From Abditibacteriaceae bacterium (lineage in GTDB: Bacteria > Armatimonadota > Abditibacteriia > Abditibacteriales > Abditibacteriaceae), in assembly GCA_031372065.1 (NCBI GenBank), contig JANMKN010000170.1, positions 1 through 18,009 of the forward strand: a DNA stretch of 18,009 bases, written 5' to 3'. Each line of letters begins with the position of its first letter. Positions within the stretch are counted from its first letter, which is position 1. The position numbers and the translations under genes are program-made. Below the pieces are notes generated by a model. That model searched no databases. It saw nothing but the letters and a program-made list of their open reading frames with translations, and was not told where the DNA came from. This document shows, piece after piece, positions 9,145-16,280 of this stretch.

Positions 9145-9200
9145 TGCGAGTTGTGAGTGCCCAACACTGGCTCTAAACTTAAAACTCTCAACTCGAAACT
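9145..9200. repeat. Heptamer microrepeats in inverted arrangement
   Basis: TGCGAGT-TGTGAGT (9145-9158) opposite CTAAACT-TAAAACT-CTCAACT-CGAAACT (9173-9200). Confidence 0.55.
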
Positions 9201-9210
9201 GATTTTCCTC

Positions 9211-11625
9211 GTGACTCCTCCTTTTGATGCCGAGCAACTTGGCTTTTTGCAACATCGCGTTGGCGACCTGATTAAAGGTCGCTACGAAGTCTTGCAACCG
9301 CTGGGTGGCGGCAACTTTGGCTCGGTTTATCGCGTGCGTGACCGCGCGCTCGATCACGATTTGGCGTGCAAAGAAATGCACGTTTTGGATGATCCGACCT
9401 CCGTCAAAGACGAACGCGGCTTGGCCGTCGAACTTTTCAAGCGCGAAGCGTTAAATTTAGCCACGCTGCGCCATCCTCACATCCCGGCGGCCTATTTCGA
9501 TCAAGAAGAAGGCGTGTGGCACGTTTGCCCGCGTTGTGGATTCGACTACGCCTTTGAAAATTCCGACGCGCAGTTTTGCCCGGTGCATGGCGCACCGCTC
9601 TTGCGCGTGACCGAACGCTATTACTTGATGATGGACTTCGTGGACGGCCCGACACTGGAAGAACTAACTGTCGCGGCCCGCGCGCAAAACAAGTCGCTCG
9701 ACGAGAAAACCTGCCTCGAATGGATCAGCCAGATCGCTTCGGCCTTGCGCAGCTTGCATCGCGTGAATATCATTCACCGCGATGTCAAGCCAGAGAACAT
9801 CAAGATTCGCAAAGGCGACGGCGCGGCCATGTTATTGGACTTTGGCCTGACGCGCAAGGTCGAAGAAGCCTCCGGTTACGGCACCGTGCGCTTAACCGGC
9901 ACCAGTCGCTTCGGCACACCGGGCTATGCGCCCGCCAACATGATGGAAGTCGAGCGTCCCGAACGCCGCACCGACCTTTACGCGCTGGGCATGACGCTCT
10001 ATCGCATCTTGACGGGCCGTGACCCGCAGGACGAAGAAGAACAAAGCGAAATGCGCGCCTATGGGCCGCGCTATTTCAACCCGCAAATCTCCCCGGAAAC
10101 CGACCGCCTCATCCGTCAGGCGACTGCCGTTGACATCTCGCGTCGTCACCAGACCATTGATGCCTTTCTCGACGAGTTGGCCGGCATTCAAGGCACGAGG
10201 CAAAGCGCGTTCTCGGCGCCGCCCTTTACTTTTTCCACCGGACAAAGCGCCCGCACGCCGGGCGAATTGGCCCGACTCATCGAGGCGCGCCCCGCAGAAG
10301 CGCAAGGCTACTTGTTCGACGGCCTTTTGGCCGATTGGCTCAAGAAAAATGGCTTTGCCGCGCCCGCCAAAGTCGCCGCCGACGTGTCCTTGACGCATAA
10401 AAACCAGCCGCATCGCGCCCTCGAACTGTTGCGTCGCGCCCTTTATCCGGGCGGGGCGCCCTCTGCCCTGCCCGCTCCCGAAACCGCGCCGCCGAAATTG
10501 AATTTCGGCACGCTCGACAGCGGCGAAAGCGCCGAATTAACGCTGCGCATCACCCACCACGGCCCCGGTTTGGCGTGGGGCGAGCTTATCATCGAAGGCG
10601 GGCCGAGTGAATTGCCGGGACTATTGTTTGACAGCGCCTTTGAAGGCAACGATGTCACGTTGAAAGTCTCTTTAGACACCAGCAAAGTCTCTCCCGGCGC
10701 CTATAAAGGCGCGTTGCTCGTCTTGACCGACGCTGCATCGCACCGCGTGCCGGTCAGTTACGTGGTCGAAGCGCTGGAATTGATCCTCGAACCGGCGCAA
10801 TTGAACTTCGGCACCCTTGCCGTCGGCGGGCGGGCCACAAAAACCTTGCGCATCAAGAATAAAAACCAATTGGGACGCCCGCGCGGCGCGATTCACACGC
10901 CCTCCTTCTTCAAGGGCTTGAATGTGCCCGAACGTTTTGAAGGCGAAGCGCCGTTGGAAATCGTGTTGGACGCCCGTGTCACCGGCGCCGTGGCGGGCTA
11001 TTACGAAGGCAGCCTGCGACTTGACACCAACGGCGGCACTTTGCGCGTCCCCGTCCACTATGTTTTGGCCTTGCCGCCGTTGTCTTTGCTGTCCTTGATC
11101 TTTAACACCGCTATATTAGGCGCGTTGTGCGGGTTATTGCTGCGCTTGTCTTATGGCGTCATAAATCCCGACTTCTTATGGAACTGGTTGACTGTCTACG
11201 ACGGCACAGTTCAGCTTGAAAAGTTGGAATTTAAGACTTGGTTGCCAGTTTTGGCGGGTGCAATCGGCGGCATAGAGTTTCTACGGCACCTTCGCCGCCG
11301 TGTAAGCAAAGCGCTACAGCCCATTCTGCCTCTGGTCGCCATTTTTGGCAGTGTGGTTGGCGTTTGGCTCGTGCTGGCGCTGGGACATTGGGTAATTTGG
11401 AGCTTAGGGGATTTCCTTTTGCATCCTTTAGCGCTGGCTTTGGGCGGTAAAACCAGCAGTGCGCCGCTTTGGTGGGCACTTTCGGGCGCTGTCACGGGCC
11501 TTTTTTATGGCATCGGACGCGTTTTTGTGGCTTTAGGCCGTCCGTGGGGCCTTTATTTGCCGCCCGCGATGTTTTTATTGGCGTTTATGACGCTACTAAT
11601 CTACGCCGCATCGTTTTCAGGCTGA
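9211..11625 (+). CDS. Hanks-type Ser/Thr protein kinase with zinc-ribbon insert, two Ig-like (BACON/ASH-like) repeats and C-terminal TM helices
   Basis: GGGNFGSVY, ACKE, HRDVKPENI, DFG, GTPGYAP and DLYALG; two LNFGTL…Y.G.L…T(D/N)…RVPV.Y repeats; about 5 hydrophobic helices at the C-terminus. Start uncertain (GTG 9211 chosen; the ORF extends to 9157 through repeats). Confidence 0.9.
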   Translation: MTPPFDAEQLGFLQHRVGDLIKGRYEVLQPLGGGNFGSVYRVRDRALDHDLACKEMHVLDDPTSVKDERGLAVELFKREALNLATLRHPHIPAAYFDQEEGVWHVCPRCGFDYAFENSDAQFCPVHGAPLLRVTERYYLMMDFVDGPTLEELTVAARAQNKSLDEKTCLEWISQIASALRSLHRVNIIHRDVKPENIKIRKGDGAAMLLDFGLTRKVEEASGYGTVRLTGTSRFGTPGYAPANMMEVERPERRTDLYALGMTLYRILTGRDPQDEEEQSEMRAYGPRYFNPQISPETDRLIRQATAVDISRRHQTIDAFLDELAGIQGTRQSAFSAPPFTFSTGQSARTPGELARLIEARPAEAQGYLFDGLLADWLKKNGFAAPAKVAADVSLTHKNQPHRALELLRRALYPGGAPSALPAPETAPPKLNFGTLDSGESAELTLRITHHGPGLAWGELIIEGGPSELPGLLFDSAFEGNDVTLKVSLDTSKVSPGAYKGALLVLTDAASHRVPVSYVVEALELILEPAQLNFGTLAVGGRATKTLRIKNKNQLGRPRGAIHTPSFFKGLNVPERFEGEAPLEIVLDARVTGAVAGYYEGSLRLDTNGGTLRVPVHYVLALPPLSLLSLIFNTAILGALCGLLLRLSYGVINPDFLWNWLTVYDGTVQLEKLEFKTWLPVLAGAIGGIEFLRHLRRRVSKALQPILPLVAIFGSVVGVWLVLALGHWVIWSLGDFLLHPLALALGGKTSSAPLWWALSGAVTGLFYGIGRVFVALGRPWGLYLPPAMFLLAFMTLLIYAASFSG

Positions 11626-11637
11626 ATTTCTACTACT

Positions 11638-11887
11638 AACTCATGTTACGCAGTGAGGTTGTGATAAGCAAAGAGCGATTTCATCGCTCGTCCCCTCACC
11701 CGGCCTCTCCCCCATTCGCTTCGCTGGGGAGAGGAGAACTTGACTATTAGGTCCTTGCCCTACTCAATCAGGCAGGAGCGCTTGCGTAAAGCACTCCTCT
11801 CCCCATGGGGGAGAGGTTGGGTGAGGGGACGAGCAGCTTTGCTGCTCTTTCCAGTGCCTACCGTAAGCGCACTGCGTAACATGAGTT
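11638..11887. mobile_element. MITE/REPIN-like element, copy 1 (250 bp)
   Basis: Perfect 18-bp terminal inverted repeat AACTCATGTTACGCAGTG / CACTGCGTAACATGAGTT enclosing an inverted pair of CCCCTCACCC…CCTCTCCC…GGGGAGAGG REP-type palindromes. Confidence 0.8.
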
Positions 11888-11938
11888 CTAATAATCTTGT
11901 CGCGCCCTTAAATTCTGTTCTCGCCCCTTACTAATAGA

Positions 11939-12220
11939 TTCTCGGAGACCTATTACAGCGTCTCGGAAACCCATTACAGCACCTCGGAATGCCATTACAG
12001 AGTGTTGGAATGCCTCTACAGCATGTCGGAGAGGCTCTACAGCGTGTTGCAATGCCTCTACAGCGTGTTGGAATCTCATCACAGCAACTTTGAGAGGCTC
12101 TACAGCAACTCGGAGAGGCTCTACGGCGTGTTGGAATCTCATCACAGCAACTTTGAGACTATCTACGGCAACTCAGAAGCTATCTACAGGATGTTTTAGA
12201 CTTATTACAGCGTGTTTTGA
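11939..12220. repeat. Degenerate 21-bp tandem array, 13 units plus a partial unit
   Basis: Units such as GTGTTGGAATGCCTCTACAGC and AACTTTGAGAGGCTCTACAGC; A8 and A17 invariant; GTGTTGGAATCTCATCACAGC occurs twice (12065, 12128). Confidence 0.92.
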
Positions 12221-12290
12221 TGAAGGATATTGCGTTTATATGCGATTCCACGTTAATTTTAAGAGATTGTTAGTTCATATTGGAGCTACC

Positions 12291-12543
12291 ACTTTATGCT
12301 ATGGGCTTGTGATAGGCGCTCGCCCCTCACCCGGCCTCTCCCCCAACCGCTGCGCTGGGGAGAGGAGGACTTGTCTAATATGCTTTTCCTCAATTGAAAC
12401 GAGCAGGAGAGTTTGCGTAGGCGACTCCTCCTTTCCCCCAGCGCAGCGTTTGGGGGAGCCGGGAACCCGCTTGCGGGTGGCGGTGAGGGGCAAGCAATGC
12501 AGACGCTATTGCCCTTCTCACAAACCCAACGCGTAACAGAAGT
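12291..12543. mobile_element. MITE/REPIN-like element, copy 2 (degenerate ends)
   Basis: Same inverted REP pair (GCTCGCCCCTCACCCGGCCTCTCCCCC…GGGGAGAGGAG / CTCCTCC…GGTGAGGGGCAAGC), an internal spacer homologous to copy 1, and a right end GCGTAACAGAAGT resembling the copy-1 TIR. Confidence 0.7.
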
Positions 12544-12607
12544 GAAGATAATTTATCGTCAAAGGGGCACAAATGGGCGTTACATCGTTCAAAGAACACG
12601 GTCTACA

Positions 12608-13705
12608 ATGAAAATTCTTCATATTCTCGAAGCGACACAAGGCGGCACAAGGCGGCACGTTTTAGATTTGTTGCCTTTATTAGTGCGTCAGGGCTTCGCG
12701 TGCGACCTCGTTTATTCGCCTTTGCGCTATCCGGCCTTTCGTCACGACGCCGCCCTGTTGGAGACTCAAGGCGTGCGCTGCTTTTCGATTCCGATGACAC
12801 GCGGTTTTGGCGGAGCGCGCGATGCTACAGCGCTTCTGGCATTGCGGGAACACATCAAAACACACCATTATGATGCCGTCCATTGCCATTCGACCAAAGC
12901 CGGCTTCTTAGGGCGTTTGGCATCATGGAATACACTGGTGATTTACACGCCGCATTGCATTGCCTTTGATACTTCTCTGCCGCGCCCGCAGCGCCGCGCG
13001 GCCCGCATCATGGAAAAACTGTTGGCGCCGCGCACCGCTCACTTTATCGCGGTGGCACAACACGAAGCGCGCGTCATACAAAGGGCACATTTGTGTGCAA
13101 ATAGCTGTCTCAGCGTCATTTATAACGGCATTAATCTCGAAGAATTCGATCAATTAGTGAATTTGCCAATCATCAAGCGCCCATTGGTCATCGGTTGTTT
13201 CGGCAGGCTGACGCGACAGAAAAATCAGGCGGCCCTTTTGCGCGCCTTGCCTTTGGTGCGTCGCGTTGTGCCGCAGGCGCAAGTGCTTTTGGTTGGCAGC
13301 GGCGAAGATGAGGCAACGCTGCGCCTTTTAGCCGACAAGTTACATATCGCGGACAGCGTTATCTTCGCCGGAGAAATTGAGGAAGCGCGGCCTTATTATC
13401 TTCGTTGTGACATCGCCGCGCAGCCGTCGCGTTGGGAAGGCTGTCCTTATTCGATTTTGGAAGCAATGGCGGCCAAACGGCCTGTGGTGGCAGCGGGAGT
13501 GGGCGGCGTGCCCGAAGTGCTGCAAGCGCCCGGCGGCGTGATTTATCAAGCGACGCGCCCCGAAACTTTAGCGGAACATCTTATTGCACTGGCGCAAGAC
13601 GAGACTTGCCGCCTTCAAATGGGCCAAAAAGCGCGCCAACGCATCGAAGAACACTTCACTGCCGCACAAATGGTGCGGCACACAATGAAGGTTTATACCC
13701 GTTGA
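12608..13705 (+). CDS. Glycosyltransferase family 4 (GT-B)
   Basis: MKILHILEATQGG, VHCHSTKAG, YTPH, IYNGI, GRLTRQKN and PSRWEGCPYSILEAMA (EX7E). Confidence 0.92.
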   Translation: MKILHILEATQGGTRRHVLDLLPLLVRQGFACDLVYSPLRYPAFRHDAALLETQGVRCFSIPMTRGFGGARDATALLALREHIKTHHYDAVHCHSTKAGFLGRLASWNTLVIYTPHCIAFDTSLPRPQRRAARIMEKLLAPRTAHFIAVAQHEARVIQRAHLCANSCLSVIYNGINLEEFDQLVNLPIIKRPLVIGCFGRLTRQKNQAALLRALPLVRRVVPQAQVLLVGSGEDEATLRLLADKLHIADSVIFAGEIEEARPYYLRCDIAAQPSRWEGCPYSILEAMAAKRPVVAAGVGGVPEVLQAPGGVIYQATRPETLAEHLIALAQDETCRLQMGQKARQRIEEHFTAAQMVRHTMKVYTR

Positions 13706-13762
13706 GATGCCAGTCCGTTAAAATGCAACGGGGGCAAAAGTGAAAGTTACAAGGAACTTATC

Positions 13763-14614
13763 ATGCAAAGTATGCACGGGGATCAGCCCCACAAAGTTTT
13801 AGTCATAGAAGATGACCACGATTTGGCCGAATTAGCCAAGATGCACCTAAACGACATCGGTGTCACAGTCGGCGTGGAATTCGACGGCCCCAGCGGGCTG
13901 GAACGCGCGCTCAACGAAGATTGGTGCTTGATTATCCTTGATTTGAACCTGCCCTCGCTGGACGGTTTGGAAGTGTGCCGCCGCCTGCGCGCCAAAGAAT
14001 CGCGCACGCCAGTTTTGATGCTGACGGCGCGCACCTCAGAACTGGATCGCGTGCTGGGCTTGGAACTGGGCGCCGATGATTATATGACCAAACCTTTTAG
14101 CGTGCGCGAATTGCAAGCGCGTGTCAAAGGCATTTTGCGCCGCGAAGAATGGGATTCGCGTCAAACCGGCGCCGCTCCGATGGAAACGGTCCCCGAAGAT
14201 TTAGGAGCGCCTGTCAAAGTCGGAGAATTGTTCATTGACCCGCAGAAACACAGGGTCACATTGGCGGGCGATTCCATCAGCCTGACTGCCAAAGAATTCG
14301 ACTTGCTGTTACATTTTGTTCGTCATCCCGGACTTGTTTATTCACGCGACCAACTGCTGGATTCCGTTTGGGGGCCGGGCTATGCGGGCTACGAACACAC
14401 TGTCAACTCGCACATCAATCGTCTGCGCACGAAGATTGAAAAAGACCCGGCCTATCCGCGTTATCTGCTCACGGTTTGGGGCGTGGGTTATAAGTTCGCT
14501 GATCCGGAAGACCTTGCCCAAAGGCGCAGCAATAAGCTGGCGCCGGCATCGGAAAAAGCAGGGGCCGATAAAGACGACGCCACCGTGGAAGCCGATCTGG
14601 TGAACACACCATAA
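13763..14614 (+). CDS. OmpR/PhoB-family response regulator (canonical receiver plus winged helix)
   Basis: IEDD, LDLNLP, MLTAR and GADDYMTKPF; wHTH LTAKEFDLL…HTVNSHINRLRTKIE…TVWGVGYKF; low-complexity C-terminal tail. Confidence 0.93.
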   Translation: MQSMHGDQPHKVLVIEDDHDLAELAKMHLNDIGVTVGVEFDGPSGLERALNEDWCLIILDLNLPSLDGLEVCRRLRAKESRTPVLMLTARTSELDRVLGLELGADDYMTKPFSVRELQARVKGILRREEWDSRQTGAAPMETVPEDLGAPVKVGELFIDPQKHRVTLAGDSISLTAKEFDLLLHFVRHPGLVYSRDQLLDSVWGPGYAGYEHTVNSHINRLRTKIEKDPAYPRYLLTVWGVGYKFADPEDLAQRRSNKLAPASEKAGADKDDATVEADLVNTP

Positions 14615-14712
14615 GGCTGTGCTGAAGCACAAATCTCTGCCTCCTCAGCCCCGTTTCGCTTTTCAATCAACTTGTTTTATGGCAGAAGCACACAAATCGT
14701 GGTCTAACGTTT

Positions 14713-14742
14713 TTGACGGCAGGGGTCAATCTGCGTTATAAT
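14713..14742 (+). promoter_or_regulatory. Putative sigma70 promoter of the GlnR-like gene
   Basis: TTGACG (14713-14718), 18-bp spacer, TATAAT (14737-14742). Confidence 0.65.
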
Positions 14743-14873
14743 GCGGCGCGTTTCCGGGCGATTCCACACACAGATTTTCATCCTTCCTGCCTTTGTTTTC
14801 GCCCTTGCCAATCTGACCGTTTCGCTCTGAGAATGCCGGTTATTTCCCATGCCCGGCTCCCGCAATTGCGCTT

Positions 14874-15557
14874 ATGATTAACATCGCGCTGGCTTCCGCC
14901 GACCGAAAATTCGCCCGTGAACTGCGCCTGCAATTGATCGGCTGGGGCTATCGTCCGTGGATGGCCGACCCGGAAGAATCAATTCTTGAGCAAATTCAAG
15001 ATCGCGGTGCTGATCTTTTGATTCTCGACTTCACCGCGCCGCTTGGCAATCCGCCCAGCACGGTGCGCTCAATCAAGTCGGACAGCGAACTCAAACACAT
15101 TCCCATTGTGGCTCTGGTGGATGCCCGCGAAGCACCGTCGCTGGATTTTTCCATTGGCCTTGAAGATTTCTTGGTGCGCAGCGACCAATTTGAAGAACTC
15201 AACACGCGCATTCGCTTTGTGTTGTGGCGCCTGTCGAAGGTGGATTCCAAAGACACCATCAAAGCGGGCGCCGTGGTGATGAACTTAGCTTCGTATCAAG
15301 CCTCCGTCAAAGGTGAAGCCTTGGATTTGACCTATAAAGAATTCGAGCTTTTGCGCTTTTTGATGACGCATCGGGGCCGCGTTTTCAGCCGCGACGCGCT
15401 CCTTCGTCACGTTTGGGGCGAAGAATATCTGGGCGGCACACGCACTGTGGACGTTCACATTCGCCGACTACGCGCCAAAATCGGCCCGCAGTTCGATGAA
15501 CTCATCCAAACCGTGCGCAACGTCGGCTATAAGATGAACGAGGAAAGTAAAAGTTAG
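14874..15557 (+). CDS. glnR: GlnR-like OmpR-family regulator with atypical receiver domain
   Basis: wHTH LDLTYKEFELL…GRVFSR…VWG…GGTRTVDVHIRRLRAKIG closely resembles actinobacterial GlnR; receiver lacks the acidic pocket, Thr/Ser and Lys; lies directly upstream of glnB-glnA. Confidence 0.75.
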   Translation: MINIALASADRKFARELRLQLIGWGYRPWMADPEESILEQIQDRGADLLILDFTAPLGNPPSTVRSIKSDSELKHIPIVALVDAREAPSLDFSIGLEDFLVRSDQFEELNTRIRFVLWRLSKVDSKDTIKAGAVVMNLASYQASVKGEALDLTYKEFELLRFLMTHRGRVFSRDALLRHVWGEEYLGGTRTVDVHIRRLRAKIGPQFDELIQTVRNVGYKMNEESKS

Positions 15558-15686
15558 GTGGTTAGGTGGTTAGGTAGTTGGGTGGTTGGGTGGTTGATGC
15601 CAGTGCTTAGTAACATACAGCATGGGCTTCCTTGCCTTTTAACTACCTCAACCACCCAACTACCTCAACCACCCAACCGCCCAACT
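15552..15686. repeat. Inverted arrays of 8/9-mer microrepeats (RGTTRGGT)
   Basis: Six units at 15552-15599 (AGTTAGGT GGTTAGGT GGTTAGGT AGTTGGGT GGTTGGGT GGTTGATG) and complementary AACTACCTC/AACCACCC units at 15641-15686. Confidence 0.85.
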
Positions 15687-15729
15687 TTTACTTCCGTGAA
15701 ACACAGTTGAAACAGACAACCGATAGAAT
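15687..15729 (+). promoter_or_regulatory. GlnR-box-like triple site and -10 box of the glnB-glnA promoter
   Basis: TTTAC-n6-GAAAC-n6-GAAAC (15687, 15698, 15709) resembles the GlnR box gTnAc-n6-GaAAc; TAGAAT at 15724-15729. Confidence 0.65.
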
Positions 15730-15737
15730 CACGAATA

Positions 15738-16185
<448 letters not shown>

Positions 16186-16257
16186 GTGACGAGTTCCGAG
16201 TGACGACTGACGAGTTGGCACATTTCACTCGTCAGTCGTAATTCGTCAATCGTAATT
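16186..16257. repeat. Inverted heptamer arrays forming a 13-bp hairpin between glnB and glnA
   Basis: GTGACGA GTTCCGA GTGACGA CTGACGA … ACTCGTC AGTCGTA ATTCGTC AATCGTA; perfect stem 16203-16215 / 16227-16239. Confidence 0.8.
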
Positions 16258-16280
16258 AGATTTAAGGAGAAACAGAAGCG

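Noticed and set aside
9157..9210. N-terminal extension of the kinase ORF (SKLKTLNSKL)
   Set aside because: It is the translation of the heptamer microrepeats.
11939..12220. 21-bp arrays (also 4296-4442) as CRISPR arrays
   Set aside because: Contiguous degenerate units with no constant repeat and unique spacer alternation, and no cas genes in the window.
12413..12607. 65-aa N-terminal extension of the GT4 ORF
   Set aside because: Runs through the REP/MITE sequence; the family-typical start is MKILHI at 12608.
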